Under the pieces are notes generated by a model. It did no database searches and was not told the origin of the DNA. It worked only from the letters and a program-made list of their open reading frames with translations. Shown here one piece after another: positions 24,297 to 37,929 of a stretch of DNA of 64,000 bases. This stretch comes from Camelus dromedarius. Its lineage: Eukaryota. Within the stretch, counting starts at the first letter, position 1. Each line of letters opens with the position of its first letter. The position numbers and the translations under genes are program-made. Where the stretch lies: the NCBI RefSeq assembly GCF_036321535.1, contig NC_087437.1, positions 28,460,001 to 28,524,000 of the forward strand, given 5' to 3'.

Positions 24297-24365
24297 GTAA
24301 GTTTCTCAAAGTCACACAGGTAGGAAGTGATCGAGTCAGAATTCAGACCCAAGTCTGTCTGATTG
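24297..24365 (-). mobile_element. MIR 5' fragment
   Basis: ctcaaagtcacacaggtaggaagtgatcgagtcagaattcagacccaagtctgtctga. Confidence 0.7.
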
Positions 24366-24597
24366 GAACGCTAAACAAAACAAGAGCACGTACACACATA
24401 CCTGCTTTCCACAAAGCAGCAGCAGCAGCAACAGGAACCTCAAAGTAAAAACTCAGACTTTCTCTGAATTCTGACACTGCCTCTTATCACCAGCTGTATC
24501 TTTTATGATGAATAAATCATGATGTCATGTATGCTGACAGCAAAAGTAGCATACTTTAGTACTCCAGGGAAAGCTCTAGTAGTAAGGCTTCCAAAAA

Positions 24598-24765
24598 TTG
24601 GAATTCTAGCTCCACTGCTTGCTAACTGTTTGACCTTAGACACGTTACATGAACGCCTCTGCAGTTCTTTATCTATGTAGGAAGCTGATAATAGTACCTA
24701 AGATACTGGGTTATTATGGGCAGTAAATGGTGTACATTAACAAGCTCCTCCAATAAATGGCTTTT
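24598..24765 (+). mobile_element. MIR SINE
   Basis: gaattctagctccactgcttgctaactgtttgaccttagacacgttac...gataatagtaccta. Confidence 0.75.
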
Positions 24766-25284
24766 AACAATTGATTGAGATGTACACGTTTCTTTTAAAA
24801 TATAGTATGTTCACAGAATGAAATTCATGGTCTGTGACCGTCAGAAACCCGTAGAGTTTTAGAGATGGATAGGATCTTGGTGATTAGGTGGTCTTCTGTT
24901 CTCTAAGAATCTATGTGCTTTCCCTGTCAAAGCCATTTTACCTCAGTGACAGGCCAGTGGAGGAAGGGGGAAAAATTAATCAAAGGTCAGAACTGACCAA
25001 AGTATAGGGTGGTTTTACCATCGGGAAGTTGGTTGAACTGTTCTTAATTGGGCTACGTCAGTGCCTGGCATCATGGTGACCGGTTGGTGGGAACAGTCCT
25101 GGCAGATGGTGGGTAGTGTTACCATTCTTGTATTCTTCCTCTTTTGAAGCAGGTCCAAACCAGAAGCTGGGGCTTCCATCTTGGAGACAGAGAGTTAACT
25201 GGGGCTGAGTTGAGTGTCAGAGGTTAGCCTGGAACACCAGTCAGAGCAGGGACTCCTTGAATTCTTGCTGCTTAAGCGTCTAGC

Positions 25285-25400
25285 CTCCTTTACTAGATTC
25301 TCAACTCCTTTAGGTCGGGTTGTTTATTGTATTTATTTGCAGTGCCTCACACAGGGTCTTGAAAACAGTGGATACTCAATGCATGTTTGATAATTAAAGA
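25285..25400 (+). mobile_element. L2 3' end
   Basis: ctagattctcaactcctt...gtgcctcacacaggg...tactcaatgcatgtttga. Confidence 0.65.
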
Positions 25401-26684
25401 AAAGAATATAAGTTCTGGAAATGGGACAGAAGAACTCATCTAAGGATATCATGGCCTCCAAAGGGACTGGAAAGCCAGGCTGCAGTGCAGGGAGCGTGGG
25501 TTGCCCTGGGGCTCCCTCAGGGACAGAGAAGGGGTAAAACAGATCCTCAGAGTGGCCAGGAAGCTAAACGTGTATAATCTTTGTGATGACTGGTTTAGGG
25601 AACCTTGCAGAATTGAACAGGGTCAATGTAGCCTGATTAATGAATGTAAGAATAAAGTATTCCAACTTGTTTATAAAACTTCAAGCAGAGGACATATTCA
25701 GAAATTAAAAGCTATTGGAATTGATTTACATTCATTTTTCATACAGTTAAAAATGATATTTCTGGCATTAAAAACTCAATTTTGGTGCCAGAGACTTGAA
25801 AAATATAACTATAAATATTTCATTGATGTATATACCTTTATATAAAGAAGTTATCAAAATATGCTTTAAAATATATTGTGACATTGTAATTTGTAATATA
25901 TGAATAAAATGAAGAGCTTATGCAGATGACGTAGGAAGTCAGAGTATAATTCTAAAAGCTGAAATATTTGTGGGGAATGATTGCTAAAACTTTGGGTTTT
26001 TTTCTGATTGTAAATTTTACTTCTCTTTTGATGTGAGTTCTCCAGAATAAAGGGATTGAAAGCATCTTTCAATCAAAGTCTGTTAATTAAAAACATAAAA
26101 CATATTAAAAAGAAAATTAACTCTGCTTAGTGTTAAACCTAACAATTTATGTTGATACTTAAGTTTCCATAAAGGTGTTTTTGCATAAACCAAACAGGTG
26201 TGCCCATTCTTTGGCCTGGTATGTGTAGACCAGACACATCCGCTTCCTGCATTCACACCAGGGGGAGCATGTGCTGGCACCGACCTGAAGGGTGGTTGTT
26301 TAGAAAACTTCAGCTGAGAGTGAAGTCAAACCAAATGTTTCCATGAACATTTGTGTCTCCTTAACTTGAAAAAAACCATATGTCACAATAGGGCTTCTAT
26401 AATAGTAAGATGCTGTGGAACTTTGCAGGGTATCTCAAGAACAAGCTCTTAAATCAGGGGCTAAGTTATTATACATTTTTAAAAATTTGCTTTGAGAAAC
26501 ACACATTTACGTGAAGATACACAAAAAATTGAGTCTGGACATGCAAACATCATCACTAACACAGGTACCTTATGTTGTAGAAAGTAGGGTCCTTCCGTGC
26601 TTTTATTTTCAAATGTGCCCTCTCCCTTGTGCTCTCCCTCTCTTCCCAGACTCTCTGTGTGTACACAGACGTCCGTAGAGATGG

Positions 26685-26687
<3 letters not shown>

Positions 26688-26734
<47 letters not shown>

Positions 26735-26736
26735 AC
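26688..26736. repeat. (CA)20 microsatellite with imperfect extension
   Basis: Perfect run 26688-26727. Confidence 0.97.
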
Positions 26737-27542
26737 GCTTTTGCTTATAACAGAAAAGGTTTACACTAGAACAGAAATTACAAGATGTTAACTCTCTATA
26801 ATTCTCTGCAATTATTTTCTTTCATGGCTGTGCATCCCTGAATTATACGTGGGTCTAGCATGCTATTTGCGTGAGGAAGCACCCTGGAAGTATTTTTTTT
26901 CCCGTTTCTCATTTTCTAATGGCTGCTTTTAGTTTATTCTGGCAACTCATCATGTGAGTTTTAATTAGGTAGTGAGTTTGAGGTATTGTTGAAGCTGTAT
27001 GTAATAACTAATGAAAGTTAAACTCTTCATAAAATCCCTTATACAGGAAACAACTTGGGTACCTGGGTACCAGTTTTCTCCTCCCAGCCTTTGCCCCAGA
27101 TGTGTTCTTGGCAATTTAATCTGTTCTGTTTTACCCTTTTAATAACATGAGAGGCAGTGGTACAAATACAATTAATGGGATCTCTTTCTGAGGAGAATTT
27201 TGTCGTCAGAAATAAAAAAGTGTCAACACTAAGAGAGAACATGTAAATAAACTGAGCGGTGCTTGGTAATAGTCACCAGTCATCACTCTTGATTTCCTGT
27301 CTGCCAGTTGGCCTTTGCTGTGTGAATTTTTAAAAGAATATTGTAATGGAAAAAAAGAAAAAGAAATTTGCTGCATGGAACAAGCCAAAGACGTATTTTA
27401 AAAACAGTTTTTATTTATTTAGGTGGACGGGTGTGTAGTTAAAACACTATGTATGTACGTATGTATGTATATGTGTGTATAATATGTTGGACATAATTTG
27501 CAGAAATCCTCGCATTATTTCTGAGTAGAATTGTAAATATGC

Positions 27543-27803
27543 TGGCATAGCTTGGCGGTTAAGAGCGTTGGCTCTGGAGACAGATAACAGGGGCTCAAAC
27601 CCCAGCTCCACCACTAACTTAACTACGTGTGTTTCCTTGGATAACTTATTGGACTTCTCTGAACTTCAGATATCTAATCTTTCCATTGGAGATAATAATA
27701 GAGCTATAAGGTTATTTTGAAAATTAAACAAGTTAATAAACTTAAACCACTTAGAACAGTGCCTGGCATGTGCTAGGTACTCAATAGCTGTTGTTATTAT
27801 TAT
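27543..27803 (+). mobile_element. Near full-length MIR SINE
   Basis: gcatagcttggcggttaagagcgttggctctggagacagat...cccagctccaccact...cacttagaacagtgcctggcatgtgctaggtactcaata...tattattatt. Confidence 0.92.
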
Positions 27804-30800
27804 TCTTTTTGTTTTGTGACTTGTTTCTAACAGAAGTGGTTATTTAGCCTGCTGTTTTACGAGATAGGGCTGATGGAAACTGACAGTGTGAGAAAAAGGT
27901 AAAACAAAGTCAGGAGAGTTTCCTGGCCAAGAGGTCAAATGCCAGAGGCCAAATTCATGTGGGAGGAGGGGTACCAAATTTACAAAAGCTCATGAATGAC
28001 TGAGGAGAGGGAGCTGCACTTAAAGCAAAACTAATCTGAAGTTGGGTCGTTGGAAAACTTAAAGAGAATTGTTCTCAAATGTATCCGCATCAGCTCTGCA
28101 TTTCAGTGTCTTACAGCCAGAAATTTTTTTAGCAGTAGTGATTTAAACCATTGTTTCCTTATTTTTAAAAAATTCATTTCACATAAATAGGCTAGATTTT
28201 TTTTTAAGTTTCTTTATTTTCCTTCCTTCTTGATTTTCTCCTTATTGTTCCATCATTTTTCCAAGAAGAGTTTTTTTTACAGGGATTAATGCAAGAGATT
28301 GTTTTATGGAATAAACCTGATGACCCTCAGAATGATGCTGATATGTTTTCCTGTGGTAATTCCCATTTCAGTTTTCCTACTAGACTTTGTATTACTGTTC
28401 TGAAGTTAGGAAAATACAGTGCTGCAGTTTTGTGTTATAAATTTGCCTAGGCTATTGAAAGCCACACTTGTCTATCTACAACACAAAGTGAAGATTGCCC
28501 TAGAGGAAAGTACAGAGGACCTCCAATTAAAAACATTAAAATAACAAAAGTTTTAGAAACTGTCTTAGTGATTCCTGACCCTGGATTAGAAACTTCTCAG
28601 GACCTAATTCTCACAAAGTTTGTGGTGACAGACTCTGTCTTGGGCCCCACACCAAATCCCTAAACAAAATCACCTTAATTTTAGAAAATAAGTGACCTAT
28701 ACTGTGTTTTCAAAGTCCACGGTCGAGGGATTGAGCTGGTACTTTCTGCGATGTAATTACAGTTCAGGAACTATGTTGACATATTTGTAAACATTTAATG
28801 AACTCTCGCATAACAAAGGAATACATAACTGTACTGCATTAAGATTGCTCCATAGAAATAGACCCCTTTAAAAAGGACATCTCTGCTCAGAGGAAAGTTT
28901 GACTTCAGGTTCATTTAGAACCAAAATTATTTTATAATACCTTTATGGGGATGAACATACTGAAAAATAAAAATTCATTATTTAAAAATACTAATTCAGT
29001 TGACACTTTAAATAACAGGACCTCAAATTGAGTTAAAATTATCCTTTAATTATCTTTTGTTATAAATTTCCATTCCAAAGATATTTTAAATGTAAATTTC
29101 ACGTTTAAGTCTTCAAATAGACCATTTTCTCCCTGTAACTCAAATATACCAGTTCTTATGGAGTCAGGTCAGTTTCTACTTCAGAGTTTGTACGTTTTTG
29201 GAATTTTTAATGGAAGTCAGGAGCTTTACAACAAAGACGACGACAAATCATGTAAGACTGAGGACAAAACACTGGACTCTGACTCAGTTTCTTCGTTCCT
29301 CATGACAGGTCCCCGTTTAATCCCCCCTTTACCTTGTGTGTATCATGTGTCCTTGGAAGCATACCCACCACGTTGCCTCCTGGACCAATGAGCTCTGATG
29401 GGGTAACGCATAGCACAGCACCTTTTGTCAGCTTGCCTTCATCTTGTTTGGGAAATAATTCATGTATCTGAAAAGCAGTATAGATGCAAGTTTAAAAGTA
29501 TGCTGTGAGTAGTAAAGCTTTTCCTGAATCTTGCCCACAAATGACACACTTGTATATTGCTCTCAGGAACACTAGAATTGGGAGTATAATTATTGTTTGT
29601 ATAATATAATTGGTAGTACAGATTTTAATCTATTTAGAAGAATTGTGGGGTGGGAGGAAAAAGAGTCCAAACTTGTCTTTTCCTTCAAGCTAAGACATAC
29701 ATTGGAAAAGTCAAGATCATTGTTAAAATTTCTTCTATAGTTCTGAGACTTATTACTGTTGTCCAAAATAACTTTACAAAAGAGAAAGTGAATAAAATAG
29801 TAAGAAAGATAAGGTACAGAAAACAAACACCTGCCCTTAAGGAGAAAATATATTTTTAACAAACACTGGAGAATACAGAATTTGCTGTATCAACAGAATA
29901 CATTATTTACTCAAGTAGCTGGATAAAGCCAATGTGTATTAATTGAATAAATGAGTGTGTTGGTGAAAATAAAAGAGTGAATGGATGGATAAATGGCTAA
30001 ACTTAGTGATAGCACATTCTTCTTCCTGTTTATTATTTTTAGAAAACAGTACTTATTTTAAGTCCCTGCAAAGAATTCATTGAAAGAAATTGGGTGAAAT
30101 TCCTCATTTTCTTTTGTGGTAACAGCCAGTTGTTACAGTACAATTGAGAACATTTTAGATTATAAAATATTGACTATGCAGGTTGAATTACCATACCGGC
30201 ATTTAAAGAGCTTTTGAGAATGAGTAGAGGGGAAAACACAGATAAGCAAAAAGGTAGTTCATACTATTCTAAAAATTAACACTTGCCCGTGTAATTATAT
30301 CCTAAATAAGATAAATAAAAATGGATTAAGGAAATTACAGTGGTTTAGAAGAATTGAGTGTGTTTTCTATCTCTGTTTTTATTTGGTTTTGATAGTAATT
30401 GTGATAAAGGCACATCGTGCACTGTGAATTTTTTTTTAATGCACTGTGTGTTTTTAAACATTCAGCCAGCAACAGTTAACACCCAAAAGTATAAAGGATG
30501 AAAAAGAAAGCAATGGACTTGATACTATCATGGCAGGTTTTTAACTGCCAGAGGAAAAGATTGGGGAAACAGGATAAATATCAGTATGAAGTTAAGGCTT
30601 TCTGCAGGTCTTGGAGCATTATGGGGAACATAGCAAACCTTCCTGCAGCCTGGGGACAGAAAGAGTGATTGCAGAAGAAAACTGAGGTGGGACTTTGAAG
30701 AGAGAGGAAGAGAAGCAAACTCACATCCCTGTAAATACAGGCTTCCATGCCCTCCCCTGGGGCTCATTCCCCAGGAATGTGTCCCTCGCGCTAAACAGAG

Positions 30801-31639
30801 TACTTAGGTAAACACACTGTAGACATTTGAAAATACTGAAATAACACTTCTTCATAGGTTACTATGTAATTATTTCTAGCTGTCGCATTTGTTTATCTTA
30901 GTACCAATGTAAAGAGCTAGTTTTTGACTTGTGTTACCTACAGTATCTTGTTTCATCATTTGAAAAAGTACGTAAACAACATTTAAGAAAAATGCAAGCA
31001 TCAGTGGCTTTGTTCAGTGAATAGAACAACTGGAAACTTATTTCTTATTATTTTGTAAGTTAGTAGCAATGTAACATGATATCCATGGCATATTGAAAAA
31101 TGAAAAAAAAAAAGAATGGAAACTTGGACTTCTGAATGAACAGCTCTATCAAAACACTAGCTTTTGATTTAATCTGAGCTTTACTGGAGAAAGTTTATGC
31201 TATTTGTACGAAGCCTAGAGGAAATCACTGAACCAGAAAAGCTGAATATCATTTCTGACTAATCTCTTAGTCACCCTAATAATAAGAAATTATTTAGTTC
31301 CTATTTTTCATAGTAGTCCATCTTGAACAATAAAATCACATAGCCTACTCAGAGATATTTCAGGAAAATTGATGTGGTATTTTGAAAAAGATGTACTTTA
31401 AAAAGGGGGCACAGTAAATATTTTGCGTTTACACTGCTGTTTATCACTTACTTATCAACGTGTATCTAAGAAAGTCAGCTGAAAACGACTTTGAAGTTTC
31501 TAGTTTGGATGATTAGGGATGAGACACTGCCTTTAGACAAGATAAAAAGTACACGTGTTAGAATTGATGTGTTCTCTTTACTTTTAGAGAGAATAAGCAG
31601 GGAGCTAGTAACCGATCTGGTTGGGGCTGGTTGAATTTA

Positions 31640-32380
31640 CAGGAAAAGTATCAGAAAGTCATTCATGTGGGTCGTGCTGTTACAGGAGAGTGCTATGTTA
31701 TATTCAGAGAGAACGAAGGGTAAGAAGGAGGGGTGCGGAGACAGATCTTCTGTGTCCCTCTACAATCAGCAGGCAGAAGGGAGAAAAATCCAAGACAGTG
31801 ACAGAGACCAAGCAGATTAATAAATTGTGGGAAATGGAGGATGGTGCATTATCAAGAAAGGCCAAAGAGAAAAGAAGGAAGTAGTTAATGGTGCTGGATG
31901 CTGCAGAGAGGACAAGAAATGAGAAAAAACACTGATTCGGGCAGTTAAAAGGACACCAGTAACCTTTGAGGAAGCAGTTTTGAGTAGAATTGGGAGGGAG
32001 AAGGTCGACTCCTCATTGCAAACCAGATTTCAAGTAGATGAGTCACTAGTGAGTTGGAAGGTATGTATGAGAACTCAACAAGTTGAGACAGCGCTATAAA
32101 GAAATTCAGTGATAAAACGAAGAGAAGTGGGTGTCAGCTGGTGAGTTCCGAGAAGATTGCTGTAGAAGAATGGAGGTTGTTCCTCCAATGGATGCATGTT
32201 TTTGTTTTTTTTTTTCCACCAAAAGAAGGTACAGGAGTCAGTGGAGAGGAAAAGAATGAATATTCACTGAAATAAAGATAATGGAGGAGGGGCGAGACAT
32301 TGAGAAGGGATCAAAAAAGTGGGTAAGAGGTTGACCTTAGAAAAGAAGGTGAACAAAACACTTCCGAGTTCAGAGAGTCA
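31640..32380 (-). mobile_element. L2 LINE internal fragment
   Basis: Purine-rich; gtgctggatgctgcagagaggacaag...gtaacctttgaggaagcagttttgagtagaattggg...ccagatt match the reverse L2 ORF2 remnant pattern. Confidence 0.65.
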
Positions 32381-33784
32381 GACTGAAGGAGGAGGTGCTC
32401 AGCCCGGGAGACTCGTTGCCCAACATCACCTCTGTACCTTCAGTTCCACCTTGTTTGTTGTCTGGGTGGCTCACTGCCTTGTTCACACTCACAATTGTGT
32501 ATTGCTTTTTAACTCCTTTAGTTTATCTCTGCCTGCCATACAGCCCCACCTTGACTATAAATTTTGTGAGGGCGTAATCATGTCTATATTGTTTAATAAC
32601 CACATATACATTGCTTAATAAGCTCTGTTTTCGTGTGATCCCTAATGTATTTCAGTAATCCCGAAAGCCAGTGCTATCATGGGAAAGGTTTTGCAGCCTG
32701 GTTTGTCAAACATAGTACGAGGTTGAAGGCTAATTAGCGATCTATGTGAACCTCAAAAGTTGTTTCTAAAACAAATCCTCAGTTTCAAAGGAACGAGACA
32801 GGTTATTATATGAAACTTTTTTTTTCCTCTTGGTTAAGAAAGTTACAACATAACAAAATGTAACTTAGAGGTCAGAAATGGATACCTCCAAAGCCAGATA
32901 AAATTTTTAACCATAATTCATTGTAGAAAGTGGAAACATTAGACTGAAAAAGAAAATAATTATGAAAAGACAAAAAATTGCAAAGTAAATGGTTGCTAAA
33001 TGCTGTGGTTTAAACCACTGTTTATATCAACCAGAAGAAATTGGGTTATGCCCTTAACTTTGGTCTGATCCACACTCTAGACACAAATCCCTTGATTAGA
33101 ATAGTTGAATTATGCCTTATGATTCCTCCTTAGCAAAAATAAGTCTTAGCAAAAGTTAAAAATGTAAAGTTGTTTTTGCCTCCCAATTAGAAAATGTATA
33201 GTAAATATGTTTCTATTTGTCTATACTAAGTGTCTTACTATTTGTTTTATGATTGCTAGGAATCCACTTTCTTTAGTTTTTACATAAATTTTCAATGATC
33301 CATTTTTTAAAATAGAGCTCCATAGACACAAAGATTATGAATTGCCTACTATTTCCATGGTTTTAGACTCTGTATTATACTGAAAGTGAAGTATGATGTC
33401 TATTTAAATGTCTAACTTATGTAAAGCTGTAAAGTTTATAATGTAAGCCACTTGATTTTATCCCTCCTGAAAATGTTTGGTTTTATTTCTCTTCAAAATA
33501 AGTAGTGAAGGAGAAATTGGAGAGTGAGACAGTATAACTAAATGAGCAAGATGTGACCGGAGACAGCTTCCTTATATTCATGCTTTCATGTTTTTATTGT
33601 TATTACCCCAAATCATTCAAAGCAGTAATTGATCATGACTGTTGTGCAGTTGCACAGACATCTTATTTTGTCCTGGAAGCACCCAGGAGAGCATGAGGAG
33701 GTCCTTTAATACACTGGAATTTTAAATGGAAGCACAGTTTTGCCCTGTCCAGCTCTCTAGGACCACCTTAAACTACTCTCCAGC

Positions 33785-34140
33785 CTAGACTCTCCAGCCA
33801 CCCTGGAGTTTTTTAACATACATCTAGCTGTCCCACATTCATGCCTTCTCATGATTCTGTTTTCTCATTAAAAAAAAAAAACCTTCCCACTTTTGTTTTC
33901 TTAATTAATGACTAGTCATCCTTCGCTCTAGAATAATACCAGTGGCAGTTCCTCTGGGGAGCTCCCTTGGTCCTTCCGTCCCCCCAGGCTGTGGCCGATG
34001 TCCCCACAGCACTCTTGTTCCTCTTGTGATTGGTTACTGATCTGGGTCCTCTGGGACGCAGCAGAGACTGGCTCTTAGCTCTGTATCTGCTGTGGCCAGC
34101 ATCCCTGTGTAAATGCTCATTTAGTGTTGTCTGAACGACC
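33785..34140 (+). mobile_element. L2 3' fragment
   Basis: ctccagccaccctgg...catccttc...gcagagactggctcttagctctgtatc...aaatgctcatttagtgttgtctgaa. Confidence 0.55.
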
Positions 34141-34397
34141 ACACACAAAGAGCTGTTTTGTTTTGGACCTTAAGCTACGTTTTATCCCTATTTGTTGCAG
34201 AGGGGACAGTGCATGGATATAAGCTTTTTGGATTATGCAGTATGTTATTAAATAAACTAGTTTAGAAGTCTAGTTCGTAATGAATAGTTTACAAAAGTAT
34301 GGAGGGAGCACCGCAGTAAATGCTCCCTCTTTTTAAAATTAATGCATAAACAGATTTAAACGTTTCTGATAGACTTTTTTTATCTTAATAATTTGAG

Positions 34398-34780
34398 GAT
34401 GTGAGGATAGGCTGTGATTCTTAACAGCAACAACAAAACCACCCCAGTTTCAGTGGCTTATCCCAGCAAAAATTTCTTTCTTGCTCTGTAAAGTCACTGT
34501 GCAGCCCTTCTTCCGGTGACTCAGGGATCTAGGTTTGCTCCAGTTTCCCATCATGTGGCTTCTGAGGGAGCTGAAGCGATGACAGAGAGACATGGCGGGA
34601 GAACACTGGCTTCTGATCATCTCTTTTCAAAAGTTAAACCCTGTTTTTGCTCAGGGTCCCTTGGCCAGAATTAATTATATGGCACAACTTAATTGCAGTA
34701 GAGGCTAGAAAAAGGTAGCCTTTCGGGGTACTTGGAGAAGACAGTGCCTAGAAGTTGACCAAGCCATTCTGTGTTTTGCT
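34398..34780 (-). mobile_element. MaLR LTR (MLT1J/K-like)
   Basis: aggataggct...caacaaaaccaccccagtttcagtggctta...gtgactcagggatctagg...ccttggccagaattaattatatggcacaacttaattgcag..aggctagaaaa are typical MLT1 motifs. Confidence 0.8.
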
Positions 34781-35761
34781 GCATCTTTTATGTTCCTATT
34801 TTGGGGGCATAATGGGATGGATAGATGGGTAAAAGACAGATGCCCTTGGGTGAATTCAAATGTAAAACACTAATTCCACAGCTGTTTATTGAGTCCTTGT
34901 TACGTCTCCTGTGTACTAATTCCTAAGGAAAAGTCTGTCCCAATAGATCCTCATCTTGTTGGCTTGTGGTCAGATTTGGAGAATCTAATCAGAGTTGTGA
35001 AACAAAGCACATCGGTACTTCACCCTAAAATCTGGCAGGCAAACTCAGGGGCTCATGGAATGAATCCCTGCAGCCCACGTCATCACTCTCGCAGTGGGAA
35101 GAGTGCCTGGCCAGTGCTATGTAGGTGGATGAAGCACTGTGGAAGGTAGGAATTGAATGTGCCTGCCTTTTACCTGCCTTAGGTGAAATTAAATTAAAAC
35201 TTAGTCCCTCAAGTTGAACGGAAGAGATAATTTGGTTGCTACCTAGATATAGATTTGTTCAAAGAGAGAGATGAAAAAACAGACAAAATTATTGATAAAA
35301 ACATAATTAAGAGTCAGGAAGCTGATTGAGGAATGCAAATTGCTTTTACTCACGGTCTCTCTTGCCAGTTTGTACTATACGAGGCTTTAATGAAAAAATG
35401 GATTAAAATTTCAGTCTTTTATGATTGCATTACAGAGAAGTCAGTGCTTTGTGATTAAAATATATACTTGAGTTTGAGGATCATACAGATTAATGAAAAG
35501 ACTGTTAGAGATTTCCATAGCTTAATTCTCTACTCAAGGCCCTTCATTCTTTGAAATTACAAAGCAGATCTCTTAAATGGGAGTTTTATATTCTCAATCA
35601 CTTCATTCTCACTTACCGTATGAAAAATAAATGCCCCAAAGTCCTTCATTTATAGAGTGAAGCAGGGCACATGTTTACTGTGTAAGAGAAGAGAGTGTCA
35701 AATTGACATGTATTTAATCATGGTTTTAGAATTATTTCTTTTGAGAAATAAGTACTTGTTG

Positions 35762-35825
35762 TTTGTGCCCATTTTACAGGTAAAGACATTGAGGTTCAGA
35801 GTGTTTAAATGATTCTCTCCGAGTC
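35762..35825 (-). mobile_element. MIR core fragment
   Basis: cccattttacaggtaaagacattgaggttcagagtgtttaaatga. Confidence 0.75.
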
Positions 35826-35899
35826 TTTGCTTCTGTGGAAATTTTTTACTTGTCATTTTAGCAGTTGTCTCAGTAGCTTTTAATTAGTTCATCAAAAGT

Positions 35900-36025
35900 C
35901 CGCTCTCCTCCCCAGACTTGGGACAGACTGAAAGGCATAAATTCTACCTTATTTATCATTATTCCTCCAGAGCCTGGCACCTATTTAGGTGCTCAATGCA
36001 TATTTATTGAGTAAAGGAATGAGCA
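35900..36025 (+). mobile_element. L2 3' end
   Basis: cctccagagcctggcacctatttaggtgctcaatgcatatttattgagtaaaggaatga. Confidence 0.75.
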
Positions 36026-36091
36026 AAAAACTAAATGTTAAGTATTAAAAATAAAAGAAAAAAAGCTACCCCATCTCTGCCCAAGTGTCTG

Positions 36092-36245
36092 AGAGGCAAA
36101 ATAGCATCATAGAAGCTTCCTGGGTTTAAGTACCAACTGGATCTCATACTGTATCAGAAAACTTGGTAACAGCATTCCCTACCTTATAGTGTTGGTGTGA
36201 GGACTAGATGAGTTTGTACATGCAAATGTGTAGAGCAGAGCCTAT
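36092..36245 (+). mobile_element. Degenerate MIR
   Basis: gaggcaaaatagcatc...ccttatagtgttggtgtgaggactagatgagtttgtacatgcaaatgtgtagagcagagcct. Confidence 0.55.
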
Positions 36246-37929
36246 GTCCAGTTTAACTTTGCTTTATAAATTTAAACCCCAAGGATTATGTGATTAGGAC
36301 ATAAATATTTAAATTTTGACTAAAATAAGAATTAGAGACTGAATATAATTTGACACTGATTGAATAAAAGAAGCAAAATATTTTAAACTTTGGCTTATTA
36401 CTATGCATTTGATAATCCCGGAAATTGAGACTAAATTCACATTTTAGTTTAGCATAAAATATTTAAGTGCAACTTATTGAAGATATCCTGAAGTTTAAGA
36501 ACAAGTTTTATAAGGCCGTAGAATTAAACTTTTCTTCCAGGTTTAATTTTCTCTCATTGGCAAATGAGCATGCAGTTAGAAAAATGCAATAATTAATTAG
36601 TGGGCAGAGGCTGTGACACTTCTCAGGTAACTTTGTTGTTAGATACAGTCCAAAATTTAGACTAATACACTGAAAATCAGTACTCACCTATTACTCTATT
36701 AAAGAATGTGTATTTCAAAGCCATTTTGATCTGAAAATTATTCACTAAATGCGACTTTATTTCCAATAATTATTTAGTCTGCTTCCAGGCGATTTCAGTA
36801 TTCTAATAGATTTAATCAAAAGCATAAAGTGGAGAAGCAACACCAGATGTCATGTATTTTTGCTGTGTTTCCTTGAGTCATCCCCAAACAAGGGCGTCAC
36901 CACAGAGCTCGTTCCTTTAGCAGAGTCCCTGTGCCCAAGTGAATTCATAAACAGCAGTAACAGGAGTGGCCGTCATGGCCCTGCAGCTGCCAAAGGGCAA
37001 AGGGAAGAGCCTGCCTTTTTTTTTTTTTTTTTTTAAATACATACAAAATTGTTTCTGGCTTCAATTTCATGACACTTTGTGTCTCCTGAGAAGAAGAAAG
37101 AATTCCAGAATGGTGTGAAGTGGAAAGACTTTTTGCTTTCATTTGAATGATACACCTTGTAACCTAGCACAGCAGAACAGCTTGGATTGGTGATAATCAT
37201 GAGGTGAGCGTCCGTTTTCATGGTTTTGTGAAACCATCTTCTGATTCATTCAGATGAGTGCCAAGGAAGACAATGACCTCCCTGACTTATGTTTTATCAT
37301 ACTGAGATGCAGTTTTTCTAGTCTCAAACTGAAATAAACAGACCACATCCCAGCACACTTTTTATATAGAAAGGCTGCCCAAAGAAGGTGTTAGTCCATT
37401 CTTCCCTGAGATTGATTAGACGTAGTGTCCTTTTTGGTTTTTGTGTGTCATCAACAGCATTCAGCTGTTGTGAGTTAAGCCTCTTACCCCTTTATAAGAT
37501 AACTTAACCAGTATCAGCTCTTTAAAAGAGACAAAGGAACCTAGAATATGCATAGAAGCTATGCCAGCTAAGGAAGCTATTAGCAATCCAAGTTCACCTG
37601 ACAAAGGACACCTTTAAAAATGTCCTGATTTTAGATAGAGTACAGTTACCTCTCCCTTTTGTCTGTTATTCTCAAGGGTTACAAGTTCAGCTGTTCATGA
37701 TTCCTCCTGTAGTAATAATTGTAAAATTATAAAAATACAGTTATTTTTGTTCTCTAGCCCATGAGAGATGTGTATATGTGTGTGCGGGGGGGGGGGGCGG
37801 TGTGCGCGCACGTGCGTGTGCATGTGCATGCGCTTACACGTCCCCAAACATATTTTAATGCAAAGTCATACATTACCCCTGTAACATTCCCATGCGTCTA
37901 ATCCCAAATGTAGTGAGTCCTGTGGCGGG

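Noticed and set aside
29226..29247. YNKDDDK, resembling a FLAG/enterokinase tag
   Set aside because: Not DYKDDDDK, and there is no vector or synthetic context; coincidence.
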